Part shown: positions 38,127 through 47,887 of the stretch, piece after piece
Numbering within the stretch: position 1 is the first letter of the stretch
Layout of the letters: each line of letters begins with the position of its first letter
NCBI GenBank assembly: GCA_041641295.1
Contig: JBEPYO010000001.1
Coordinates: 1,120,001 to 1,184,000 of the forward strand
DNA from: Nitrososphaerota archaeon
GTDB lineage: Archaea > Thermoproteota > Nitrososphaeria_A > Caldarchaeales > Calditenuaceae
Direction: 5' to 3'
Length of the DNA stretch: 64,000 nucleotides
Position numbers and translations under genes: made by a program
Notes under the pieces: generated by a model
Told to the model about the DNA's origin: nothing
What the model saw: the letters and a program-made list of their open reading frames with translations, nothing else
Database searches by the model: none

Positions 38127-39194
38127 GTGAATCTCGAGTCCTTTCTAAGGCTCAACATGGGCCTCGGAACCCTACCAATAATAACTGATGCGGAGACCCG
38201 CTCAATATCGCCAGAAAACCCGACTGGTGAGAAGGGAGGAGGTGCGAGAGCAGAGCCAACCCCTGAGAGTCCGGCATCGCTCCTCGGTAAAGGGTGGAAG
38301 GTTAGACCATGCATAACATTAGAAGCGGGGAAGGAGACGACTATTGCTGAGATAGAGGGATGCGGACTGATTCAGCACATCTGGATGACTGTCAGCGAGC
38401 CTGCCTATAGATCCTGCATCCTCAGGATGTACTGGGACGGCGAGTCTGAACCCTCGGTTGAAGTGCCGCTTGGAGACTTCTTCTGCTGTGGTCACGGCCT
38501 CAGATACGAGGTCAACTCCCTACCAATAGTCGTTAACCCTGTAGGCGGCTTCAACTCCTACTTCCCAATGCCGTTTAAAAGAAGAGCCCTCATAGCAATC
38601 GAGAACCAGCTAGAGAGCGATATACCGGGCCTCTACTACCAAGTAACATATACGCTCTTCCCAGAGCTTCCCGATTCCATAGGATACTTCCACGCCCAGT
38701 GGAGGAGGTCGATGACTACGAGGGAGCGCCCTGAGCACGTCATCCTAGACGGTGTGAGGGGCAGGGGCCACTATGTAGGAACATTCCTAGCATGGACACA
38801 GCTCTCCAACGGCTGGTGGGGCGAGGGTGAGATCAAATTCTACATCGACGGCGATACCGAGTATCCGACAATCTGCGGCACCGGGACCGAGGACTACGTA
38901 GGAGGAGCATGGGGCTTCGGCGGCAAAACATACTCAACACCATTCCTCGGATACCCATTCAGAAGAGCTGAACCGGGCGAGGTTCCCCGACACAGCCTCT
39001 ACAGGTTCCACATCCTAGACCCCATAAGATTCAAACAAGACATCAAGGTCACAATACAGGCCCTCGGCTGGTGGCCCAACCACAAATTCCAACCACTAAC
39101 CGACGACATAGCCTCGACAGCATATTGGTACCAGACAGAACCACATGCCAAATTCCCAGAAATACCACCACTCCAACAGAGATGGCCAAGATAG
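38127..39194 (+). CDS. DUF2961 / glycoside hydrolase family 172
   Basis: SPENPTGEKG, PLGDFF, WWGEGE, GTGTEDY. Confidence 0.85.
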   Translation: MNLESFLRLNMGLGTLPIITDAETRSISPENPTGEKGGGARAEPTPESPASLLGKGWKVRPCITLEAGKETTIAEIEGCGLIQHIWMTVSEPAYRSCILRMYWDGESEPSVEVPLGDFFCCGHGLRYEVNSLPIVVNPVGGFNSYFPMPFKRRALIAIENQLESDIPGLYYQVTYTLFPELPDSIGYFHAQWRRSMTTRERPEHVILDGVRGRGHYVGTFLAWTQLSNGWWGEGEIKFYIDGDTEYPTICGTGTEDYVGGAWGFGGKTYSTPFLGYPFRRAEPGEVPRHSLYRFHILDPIRFKQDIKVTIQALGWWPNHKFQPLTDDIASTAYWYQTEPHAKFPEIPPLQQRWPR

Positions 39195-39237
39195 AATCAG
39201 AAGCCAACATCAAAGAATACTAAAAGCATCCTAAAGC

Positions 39238-39600
39238 CTACTTGCTCCTCCGGCCGACAGGGTACAGTTTCACATTCTTAACCCAGACCCGGGCCCCGTG
39301 GGGATGCCTGTACCGCCGAGGCCTTGAAAACCTCCTAACAACCTCTACCACCCAAGCATACCTGTAGCGGGTCCGACCTGCGAGGTGAAGACTCCTATAC
39401 CTACTCAACTCGCGACTAGTAAGCGGCCCCACACAGTCAACAATCTTTATCACACCAAGCACAAAACCATCAGACAGCAGATACACCCTCCTCCCCACCT
39501 TCCCCGCAGGCGGAGGCCTACTCCTCATCTCCCACTTCTTCCTCCCCTCAATGATCCACCTCGCATAAGGCTGCTTAACAATCAACCCATCCATAACCAT
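39238..39600 (-). CDS. ASCH/PUA-like domain protein
   Basis: IVKQPYA.WII.G.K.WE.R, YAW, GARVW; start likely ATG 39600 or 39594. Confidence 0.75.
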   Translation of the reverse strand: MVMDGLIVKQPYARWIIEGRKKWEMRSRPPPAGKVGRRVYLLSDGFVLGVIKIVDCVGPLTSRELSRYRSLHLAGRTRYRYAWVVEVVRRFSRPRRYRHPHGARVWVKNVKLYPVGRRSK

Positions 39601-39807
39601 CCAAACCCTAAAAACAGAAACTAATAACCATCTCCACACCCAGCAAAGAATACTGCAAAGCCCCACAGCTCGGCCCACAACCTCTGACTTAACACCCAAT
39701 AACTCCATCTAAGCCGTAACCTCTATATGCTTGGACATCGACTTCTGAGCCGAAGACTCCCTCCCACCAACCCCACACATAGCAATGGGCGAGATAGGGA
39801 GGCGGAA

Positions 39808-39894
39808 GCGGCGGTGCCCTAGCCCGGTAGGGGGGTGGCCTGCTAAGCCACTGGGCTGATGAAGCCCGCGCGGGTTCAAATCCCGCCCGCCGCG
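39808..39894 (+). tRNA. tRNA-Ser(GCT)
   Basis: Acceptor GCGGCGG/CCGCCGC, anticodon arm GTGGC-CTGCTAA-GCCAC, long variable arm, GGTTCAAATCC, G discriminator. Confidence 0.9.
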
Positions 39895-39973
39895 AATGAT
39901 TTTGAAATTGCGAGTCTTCTTTAGATGTCCCCTTATTTTCAACTTCAGTTGAAACTTTTGATTAAGTGTCATG

Positions 39974-40088
39974 CGCCGGGGGTGGGATTCGAACCCACGC
40001 GCCCCGTCGAGGGGCAGCGGCTGTCGCGTCAGGCCAGTATGTGTTGGTGATCTCGAGGCCGCCCCAATGGCCGCTATGGGACCCCGGC
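39974..40088 (-). tRNA. tRNA-Ser(CGA) with 29-nt intron at 37/38 (intron 40023-40051)
   Basis: GCCGGGG/CCCCGGC acceptor, GCGGC-CT-CGA-G^intron^A-GCCGC, long variable arm, relaxed bulge-helix-bulge. Confidence 0.9.
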
Positions 40089-40220
40089 CCGCAGATCATA
40101 GTGTGCAGCCAGACTTTTTTACCTATCTACTGCAATAGAGGCTCTCTTAGCTGCTCTTCTCTGCGCGGCATACAGGGGGTTTAAACGCTTATTAAACATC
40201 TGGTAGGCGCTAGTAGTGCT

Positions 40221-42779
40221 TTGGCCACCATCCATCTTCTCGGGCACAGCCATATAGATGCTGTGTGGCTCTGGACGAAAGATGAGACGCTGAAGGTCTG
40301 CGTGGAAACGTTTAGCCGGGTCTTAGATCTTATGGACAAGTATCCGGGCTTGACCTTCTGCCAGAGCACTGCCCAGTATTATGAGTGGGTGGAGAAGAGT
40401 CGTCCGGACCTGTTTGAGAGGATAAGGGCTAGGGTGAGGGAGGGGAGGTGGGGGATTGTCGGTGGCTCTTGGGTCGAGTTTGACTGTAACCTGCCGTCGG
40501 GTGAGTCGCTCGTCAGGCAGATGCTCTATGGCAAGAGATACTTCATAGAGAAGTTCGGAGTCGACGTGGATATAGCCTGGCTCCCCGATTCCTTCGGCTA
40601 CTGCTGGACACTCCCACAAATACTAGCCAAGTCGGGGATCAAGTATTTCCTGACGCAGAAGCTAAGGTGGAACGACGCCACCGTCTTTCCGTACAATGTT
40701 TTCTGGTGGCGAGCCCCAGACGGCTCCTCTGCCCTCTCACACCAGACGTTGGGTAGCTATAGTGAGTCGCTCGATGATTGGGGTGAGATAGAGCGGCAAC
40801 TCCTAATCCTGAGGCTTAGACACGGTGTAGAGGACCTGCTCGTGCTCTTCGGCTATGGAGACCACGGCGGTGGAATATCCGAAACACACGCGGAGAGAGC
40901 TTTGGAGTGGATAAAGAAGTATAGTAGTGGAGACAGGACTGTAAAGTTCTCCACAGCGGCTGAATACTTCAGCCAGCTTGAGAAACATGCAAAATCAACT
41001 AATCTTCCAGTCGTGAGCGATGAGCTTTACCTCCAGTTCCATAGAGGGACTTACACTACCCAGGCAGAGGTCAAGAAGTGGAATAGACGCGTGGAGGCCT
41101 TGATAGAGAATGCAGAGAAGCTAGCAGTGTTTGCCGAGGGCTTCGGGCTTCCATACCCTCGCGAAGAGCTAAGAGAAGCTTGGAAAACTATACTGTTTTA
41201 TCAATTCCACGACGCCATCTGCGGCAGCTCGATTAAAGAGGTCTATGAGGAGGCCAGACAGGACTATGAGAGACTCTATAATAGGTTATCCGGCATAGTG
41301 GAGCGCTCAATAGAGGCTATCGCGAAGAACGTGGACACGCGTGGTGATGGAAAATCGATACTTGTCTTCAACACCCAGTCTTGGGCAAGGGATGGAATAG
41401 TTGAGCTGGAGATTAGCAGTCTCGAAGAAGCGAATGAACATGTTATACTGGACCATGAAGGGCGGCCTGTGGCTTCACAGGTGATCAGCGATGGGCGCCG
41501 CGGGAGATTGCTCTTCATCGCAGAGGGCGTGCCGCCGATGGGATTCAAAGAATACCGCATCACGTCGAAAGGGAAGAAGCAGCCAGCGCCGACAAGACTG
41601 GCAGTAAAGGAGGCCCAGGGAAAAATTGTGCTCGAGAACGAATTCTTATCCGCGGAGATAGACCAACAATCTGGACTGATAACAAGCATCAGACATAAGG
41701 AATCTGGGAGGGAGATTGTCAGGCCTGGCGAAGCAGTCGCCATCCATGTATTTGAAGACACTCCCGCCTCTGCGCGTAAGGCATTAGACGGCGGATACGA
41801 GGCCGTACTCTTCGACGCGTGGGAGGTCTATATCTTCGACCAGGCTGAGGGTGTGAAGTCGATCCGACTTGACCAGCCGATAGAGGTCGAGATAGTCGAG
41901 CGTGGTCCAGTGAGGGTGGTTGTCGCCTCAAGGTACAGGTACCGGCAGGAGGGTAGGGAAGACTCGGACATAACTGTGAGAACAATGCTGTATGCTAAGA
42001 TCCCAATCCTCTATCTGGAGATAGAGTTTGACTGGAGGGCTTGGCACAGGCTCGCCAAACTCTCAATACCAACCAGCATCGATGGAGAATACGTATACTA
42101 TGAGATACCCTACGGCTACATACGCAGGAGAATCCCCTACTCCGAGAGAGCATCTCTCTCTGAGAGAGCCAAACACGAGGTACCCGGGCAGAGATGGATC
42201 GACAAATCGTCTGAGAAAGACGGCATAGGCTTGAGCGTGCTCAATGACTGTAAATATGGGTTTGACTCTACAATGCATGAGCTTAGAGTGACGCTTCTTA
42301 GGAGCCCCAGCTACCCGCCTAAGTGGCCGGCAGTTGCGTTGGAGAGCTGGCTGAAGGGTGAGGAGCCAACAGACCAGGGGAGACACGTGGCCAAGATAGG
42401 GCTGTACCCGCACCGTGGAGACTGGCGGGAGGCTCAGACAGTTAGGAAGGCGATAGAGTTCAACAACCCGCTCATAGCTAGGCTAGAGGAGGCACATGGC
42501 GGACAGCTCCCAAAGACACACTCATTCATCGATGTAGATGGCGGCGACGCACCGATCACGGTAGTGAAGCAGGCTGAAGATGGCTCAAACATTGTGCTGA
42601 GGCTCTACGAGCCACACGGCAGGGAAGCCACAGTAACCCTTAACGTCGCGCCCAGCATAAAAGAAGCTCAGGAAGCCGACCTCCTAGAAAGACCTGTCAA
42701 ACCAATCACCATAAAAGACGAAAAGCTGGCAATTACACTAAAACCCCACGAAATTAAGACCATACTACTCCGCAGATAA
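40221..42779 (+). CDS. Alpha-mannosidase, glycoside hydrolase family 38
   Basis: GHSHIDAVW (Zn HxD), WLPDSFG nucleophile, GDHGGG, HRGTYT, QFHD. Confidence 0.92.
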   Translation: MATIHLLGHSHIDAVWLWTKDETLKVCVETFSRVLDLMDKYPGLTFCQSTAQYYEWVEKSRPDLFERIRARVREGRWGIVGGSWVEFDCNLPSGESLVRQMLYGKRYFIEKFGVDVDIAWLPDSFGYCWTLPQILAKSGIKYFLTQKLRWNDATVFPYNVFWWRAPDGSSALSHQTLGSYSESLDDWGEIERQLLILRLRHGVEDLLVLFGYGDHGGGISETHAERALEWIKKYSSGDRTVKFSTAAEYFSQLEKHAKSTNLPVVSDELYLQFHRGTYTTQAEVKKWNRRVEALIENAEKLAVFAEGFGLPYPREELREAWKTILFYQFHDAICGSSIKEVYEEARQDYERLYNRLSGIVERSIEAIAKNVDTRGDGKSILVFNTQSWARDGIVELEISSLEEANEHVILDHEGRPVASQVISDGRRGRLLFIAEGVPPMGFKEYRITSKGKKQPAPTRLAVKEAQGKIVLENEFLSAEIDQQSGLITSIRHKESGREIVRPGEAVAIHVFEDTPASARKALDGGYEAVLFDAWEVYIFDQAEGVKSIRLDQPIEVEIVERGPVRVVVASRYRYRQEGREDSDITVRTMLYAKIPILYLEIEFDWRAWHRLAKLSIPTSIDGEYVYYEIPYGYIRRRIPYSERASLSERAKHEVPGQRWIDKSSEKDGIGLSVLNDCKYGFDSTMHELRVTLLRSPSYPPKWPAVALESWLKGEEPTDQGRHVAKIGLYPHRGDWREAQTVRKAIEFNNPLIARLEEAHGGQLPKTHSFIDVDGGDAPITVVKQAEDGSNIVLRLYEPHGREATVTLNVAPSIKEAQEADLLERPVKPITIKDEKLAITLKPHEIKTILLRR

Positions 42780-42793
42780 AGCCTCGAGTGAAA

Positions 42794-42826
42794 AGGTGGA
42801 AAGTTTCCCACCTCGTTTCCCACCTC
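42794..42826. repeat. Tandem 12-bp repeat with an upstream inverted partial copy
   Basis: GTTTCCCACCTC at 42803-42814 and 42815-42826; AGGTGGAAA at 42794-42802. Confidence 0.7.
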
Positions 42827-43132
42827 CGCGCAATCGTCTTGGTGCCACCATATGTCCTATTTCTTCGATCTCTGAGTAGGCTGCTGTCTTTAGCAGTCTA
42901 TTAGGGGTTTAAGTGTTTTGGATAACCTAACGTTTGCTGTTGCTGTACTGGGTGGGGGCCTTATAGCCTGTATCGCTCAACTAAAGACCGGTATTTATTT
43001 TCACCCAACCGTCTATTTGTTTAAATCCATGCGTTGATGCTTCTGGTTCTTGGATAGAGCCCACTCTCCGAGGATGGGAGAGGGCCGCTCGACCCACAAA
43101 GCTGCTGGGTTGCCTGTAGAGGAGTTGGGGAG

Positions 43133-44185
43133 ATGAACACTCAAAGAAGACTAACACCAGAGGAGAAGGCTATACTCTTAGAGGCCCTGAAAATTGGAGT
43201 GGAGAAGGGCTATGGATACCACCGGGTTTGGAAGATGTTGAAGAGAAATATGGTGGAGGTGTCGAGGAGCATCGTAAGGTCCTGGTATTATAGGATTTTT
43301 CCGGAAAGGGTTAGAAGAAGGGGCGAATGCCTTCCAAGATAGCTAAGGATAAAGCTGTACGAGGAAGTCCTGAGGCTGAGGAGGCAAGGCCTAGGATATA
43401 AGAGAATTAAGAAGAGGATCAAAGAAATGTATGGAGTCACTCTTAGTCCCGCGGTGATTGCTGATTGGTGTCGCGGAGTTCACACACCGTTCGGCGGAAT
43501 ACGGATCCCTACAATAGACTTCCTAGACCCATCACCAGAGCTAGCATATGTCATAGGAGTTGTTGTTGGAGATGGGTGGGCCGTCAAAAGAAGTGGAAGA
43601 AGCGGAGAGTATAGGATCAGCGCTAAGGTTAAGGACCGAGACTTCGCGGAAGAGTTTTCGAGGTGTTTGGGGAAGGTTCTCGGAAGAGAGCCGCCGAAGC
43701 CAATACCAATGAAGGATGAGAAATATAGGGTGCGTGTCAATTCAAATGCACTGTATAAACTATTACAAAAACCCATAAACATAGACAAGATAAGACTATT
43801 CGTAGAGCACACCAGAGACTGTACACGGAGTTTTCTGAGAGGGTTCTTCGACGCTGAGGGCTCGGTAACACTCGACGGCGACATTTACTGCTACAATACG
43901 GATCATAGGCTTCTCGAATATACGCGAAGACTCTTAGGCCTTTTAGGGATAAAAACCACAGATCCAAAGATAAGAACAAAGAAGGGTACTCTAATTAAGG
44001 ATTGGAAGACAGGAAAGACGTACATAAAGAAAAAAGACGTTTACTATCTCTATGTTAGGGCAGACACTAAGCTTAATTTCTACAAACATGTAGGATTCAC
44101 AATACAAAGAAAAAGGCAACGTCTCGAAGAATGTCTAAAGCGACGTGGACTACTAAATGTACCACTTAACCAGTCCTCCTCCTAA
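43133..44185 (+). pseudogene. HTH-HTH-LAGLIDADG endonuclease interrupted by an in-frame TAG at 43340-43342
   Basis: ORFs 43133 and 43427 share a frame; the gap reads LPR*LRIKLYEEVLRLRRQGLGYKRIKKRIKEM; motifs LAYVIGVVVGDG and FLRGFFDAEG. Confidence 0.8.
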
Positions 44186-44234
44186 TCATAGCTCTCCTAA
44201 ACCTCCCCTCGTATTCATTTACAACATAAAGATA

Positions 44235-44309
44235 CGGGCCCGGAGGGACTCGAACCCTCGACCTCCGGCTTAGAAGGCCGGCGCTCTATCCATGCTGAGC
44301 TACGGGCCC
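44235..44309 (-). tRNA. tRNA-Arg(TCT)
   Basis: GGGCCCG/CGGGCCC acceptor, CCGGC-CTTCTAA-GCCGG, GGTTCGAGTCC; no intron. Confidence 0.95.
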
Positions 44310-44445
44310 ACTCCAAGGCCTCTACAAATTTTTCCTCATCTGACAGAATATATATGTGTGGGAAGAGCTGTATTGGTCGTTGGGGTCATTTAGAGCTTAA
44401 TCCTGTCCTAAACTGTGTCGGTGTGGGTTGGGGGTCTTTTACTTT

Positions 44446-44598
44446 TTAGAGGCTTTTCACTAGTTCAAGCTTGCTTATTATCTGGTTCAGCTCGGCTAGT
44501 AGTTCTGAGGCCCTCATAACGTCTTTAGCCTCCATGTACGCGAGGGATTTTCTGAACTCCTCGCTTAGCGACTCTACCTCCCCTCTAATCGATACAGG
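44446..44598 (-). pseudogene. Probable 3' remnant of a truncated helical protein gene
   Basis: Open 50 codons PVSIRGEVESLSEEFRKSLAYMEAKDVMRASELLAELNQIISKLELVKSL*, preceded by TGA with no start codon at the 5' end. Confidence 0.35.
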
Positions 44599-44608
44599 TC
44601 AACTAGTG

Positions 44609-46045
44609 CTATGTGTTTATTACAGGGACTTTACACGATCCAGTGATTATGGCTTTTAGTCTGTTCCAGTTTTCGGGTATGAGTGAGAGGTAGATGTGGG
44701 CGAAGAAGACTCCGGTGAATAGGTAGAAGATGAGTAGGTGTAGGGCCCTGACGTTGAGTCCTCCGCCGAGGAGTGTGAATACCCATGGGAAAAGGTTTGG
44801 ATAAGCCATGGCAAAGCCTGTAAGTCCGAAAATTACTAGGGCTATGAAGTAGAACCATACCAGGGGCTTCTGTAGTGAACAATATTTCCTGTACATGTAG
44901 TATGTTTTGGTTTTGGCGTCGTATACCGCGTGTGGTGGATATTCTTTTGTTAATCCTAGAAAGTTTTTGACAATAGTAAGTGTTACATAGATGTCGTCTC
45001 TAGTGAGCAGTAATAGCTGTCTCCACTCACCCTTTCTGATCATGGAGTAGGTGTGAAGGGGGATGTCAGCTATCAGGATTGCAAAAGCGGACCATATGTG
45101 TATGTCTCTGCTTTGCCCGCCGAAGAGGGGTAGTTTGAACAGCATGCTTAACCCTGTTATAGTCATAACGGTTAATACAGCGACCCTTATCCAGTGCGCT
45201 ATCCTGGCTTCCCTGATATGTCTTTCGAGAAGGACTGTCTCACTGTGGTGGGGTTTTTTCCAAGCCCTCCTCCTTACCAGATGGGCTAAAACACCTGCCA
45301 CTGCCACGTACCAGGCATAAGGCCCGTATTCTGAAACTGCTCCATAGAAGTCAAAAACCGCTTCAGCCTTTCCTACAAATTCTTCTCGGACGAGAACTAT
45401 GACGTATGAGGCCATATCGGTTGCGCGGTGCTCTATTCCTTTACCAAACTGGCCTATAGCAAAGCCTATGCCTACAGGCCTTTCAAGCGCTAGCTCCAGC
45501 ATATTTCTTGCATCAATGGCGAGTGGCCTAGCTCCCTCAACCACGCAGCGCCCGTCACTGCACTCCATCTTTGCAATCACGTTGCTTACGAGACCCAGCT
45601 CTTCGTATAGTATCGGTTTTGCGGGTCCTGGTAGGATGGCTTCCTTGGCATGGTTGTCCCCATAGGATGGGCTGACGAGTATAGCGTAATCGGGGGCCTC
45701 CTCACTACCCATATGTGCTTGGTCTCCGTCAGGGTCAAACTCTAAGCCAAAATAGTCGCGCGGAGTTGGGCTAGGGCTCTCGAAGATGGCTAAGAAGTAT
45801 AGGTGTTGGTCATCGTGTTTGAAGGCGATGCTGGCTTTTGTAACAGATTCTCTGAAGAGCGGTACGTCATCCCATTCACCCTCCGAGATAATACCGTCTA
45901 TGACCGGTGTTTTCTTGGCGGTGTATGCCCTGATCACTACTGCTTGTTGAGCAAAAGTGATGTTAATAACTAAAAGAAGTGCAAGGACTAGAATTATTGG
46001 AAAAAATAATAGATGTTGGTGTTTGGGGAGGTTTTTTATGTCCAT
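44609..46045 (-). CDS. Exported DOMON/CBM9-like (putative heme b) domain fused to di-heme cytochrome b membrane domain
   Basis: Signal peptide, TPVIDGIISEGEW, FDPDGDQAHM, GIEH; TM His residues in AHW, LH, LHL, AHIY like FdnI/HyaC. Confidence 0.7.
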   Translation of the reverse strand: MDIKNLPKHQHLLFFPIILVLALLLVINITFAQQAVVIRAYTAKKTPVIDGIISEGEWDDVPLFRESVTKASIAFKHDDQHLYFLAIFESPSPTPRDYFGLEFDPDGDQAHMGSEEAPDYAILVSPSYGDNHAKEAILPGPAKPILYEELGLVSNVIAKMECSDGRCVVEGARPLAIDARNMLELALERPVGIGFAIGQFGKGIEHRATDMASYVIVLVREEFVGKAEAVFDFYGAVSEYGPYAWYVAVAGVLAHLVRRRAWKKPHHSETVLLERHIREARIAHWIRVAVLTVMTITGLSMLFKLPLFGGQSRDIHIWSAFAILIADIPLHTYSMIRKGEWRQLLLLTRDDIYVTLTIVKNFLGLTKEYPPHAVYDAKTKTYYMYRKYCSLQKPLVWFYFIALVIFGLTGFAMAYPNLFPWVFTLLGGGLNVRALHLLIFYLFTGVFFAHIYLSLIPENWNRLKAIITGSCKVPVINT

Positions 46046-47550
46046 GGCTGCTCTCTTGCCGCGTTTCTACCGGCGACCCTGCCGAAGAAGATGGCCTCGC
46101 CTAGATGGGATATGAGTCCTTCTGCTACGACGTCTCCTGCCGCGTAAAGCCTCGGGATTGGTTTGCCATTGACATTGATTACGCGCGACTCGGCGTCAGC
46201 CAAAAGACCACCGTTGGTCTCAGATATGCTGGGCACAAGCTCGACCGCATAGAACGGCGGTGTCTGAATCGGCGAAAACGTGAACTCGGGTGTGTCTACT
46301 CTACCAAAGTCGGGATCCTTCTTGTCTGTCCTAGCCCATTCATTCCATGATTCTACTGTCTTCAAAAAGTTTGCCTTGTTAACTTTTATCGCTTCAGCCA
46401 ATGCCTCAAGCGAGTCAGCCCTTATCACGATGCCCTGGGAGATCTCTTTTGAAAGGTCCTCAGAGAAAGCGGTGCTTATCCCTTTTCCCGTGCTTTTCTT
46501 CACCTGTTCGCTGTCTGTGATGAGCCACGCGTGGCTACCGGGCTGGTAGAATATCTCCTCATTTAATATGTCGAAGTGGGCTCCCTCGTTGACAAATCTA
46601 TATCCTTTTTCGTTGACGAAGATTGCTGATATTCCTCTATACCTGTATCTTGAGTTGATCTTTGCTATGGCGGGGAATCCGCTGATGTGGTATGTGTTTA
46701 TTATCGCGGCTCCTAGGGCTTGGGCCATTAATAGGCCGTCGCCTGTACTTACAGCCGAGGTTATTGGGACTGCGTGATATCCTACTGGGCTGAGGTGTTT
46801 AAGCAGGTCTTTGTTCGCGGAGAAACTGCCTGTTGTTAGTATCACTGCTTTACGGGCCTTGACGAAGACTCTACTCCCATTACGCTCCCCAACAACGCCC
46901 ATAACCATGGTTGTATCTGGACGTGCAACCAACTGTACAACCTTCAACTCTGTCTCAACCCTTACTCCCTTCTCCTTCGCGGCTTTCTGTAGTGCTGAAA
47001 CAAGTGCTGAGCCTCCTCCCTTAGTCCTTAACGACGTAGGTGTTACCGAGTCGTACTCCACCCCTAGCGTGGGAAGCCAGTCTCCAACCTCTACTCCCAC
47101 ATTCTCGACATATTTCATGTCCCTGTCTGGGAAAGGTGGTTCCCAATGAGTCGCCCGCATCAACCCCTGCACTCCTTTATACCATTGGGCGGGGTCGGTC
47201 TGCATGTTTTTCTCCTTTTGGATGGATGAGTTGATAACACCTAGGTTTCCGCCAGACATTACGCCGTTGCCTCCTGGCGTCGAAGACTTATCAATTACAA
47301 TAACGGATGCACCATTAGTGGCAGCCTCTATGGCTGCGGCCGAGCCGGCGACCCCAAAGCCAACTACAACCACGTCAGATTCTAGATCCCATCTCTCAGG
47401 AGGCCTCCAGTAGACGGGTTGTACCTGCTGAAAAACTGCCCAAGACCCTCCTACAGCGGCACCGCCTACAACAACGCCCGCGGCTAGACCTTGGAGAAAC
47501 GACCTCCTGCTAAAAACGGGTTTCTGGGACATTTTCCGCGTATATTCCAC
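46036..47550 (-). CDS. Tat-exported FAD oxidoreductase, flavocytochrome c / KstD / TcuA superfamily
   Basis: SRRSFL twin-arginine, VVGFGVAG, STGDG, GYRFVNE, TNGGL, LYAAG; start may be ATG 47532. Confidence 0.8.
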   Translation of the reverse strand: MEYTRKMSQKPVFSRRSFLQGLAAGVVVGGAAVGGSWAVFQQVQPVYWRPPERWDLESDVVVVGFGVAGSAAAIEAATNGASVIVIDKSSTPGGNGVMSGGNLGVINSSIQKEKNMQTDPAQWYKGVQGLMRATHWEPPFPDRDMKYVENVGVEVGDWLPTLGVEYDSVTPTSLRTKGGGSALVSALQKAAKEKGVRVETELKVVQLVARPDTTMVMGVVGERNGSRVFVKARKAVILTTGSFSANKDLLKHLSPVGYHAVPITSAVSTGDGLLMAQALGAAIINTYHISGFPAIAKINSRYRYRGISAIFVNEKGYRFVNEGAHFDILNEEIFYQPGSHAWLITDSEQVKKSTGKGISTAFSEDLSKEISQGIVIRADSLEALAEAIKVNKANFLKTVESWNEWARTDKKDPDFGRVDTPEFTFSPIQTPPFYAVELVPSISETNGGLLADAESRVINVNGKPIPRLYAAGDVVAEGLISHLGEAIFFGRVAGRNAAREQPWT

Positions 47551-47887
47551 TCAGGCCTAAGATTTTAACCGGTGTCTCAAAACATATAACGCTAATAAAA
47601 AATTTAATGTAAATATATTCACACATATTTTGTTAGAAATACATTAGCTCGCCCGACAAGTTATAACAAGCACTAAAACAACATATTATAACGTGTTTGC
47701 GATTAGAAAGGCGGTGACTAGCGGCACCAAACTTTCCGTCGACTTTGGCGTATCCCCTCCTTACCTCTAGTTGGTTTATCGTCTCCCTTACGCAAGTTCT
47801 TAGGCTCCCATTGGTGGTGGCTCGTCTGTAGCACCGGGGGGTTCATCCCTTCATAAAGCCTTATCTACACATCTGCAACCGTTATTC

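Noticed and set aside
39709-40184. ORFs 39709-39972 and 39966-40184
   Set aside because: Antisense shadows of tRNA genes
43340-43342. Pyrrolysine readthrough of the TAG
   Set aside because: No pyl genes in the window and TAG is a normal stop in many genes here
43118-44210. Long-range pairing enclosing the LAGLIDADG ORF as an archaeal intron
   Set aside because: Only purine-rich/pyrimidine-rich low-complexity complementarity; no BHB and no host gene
38100-47600. Integrated element at the tRNA genes
   Set aside because: No integrase and no duplicated tRNA 3' end (att site) found in the window
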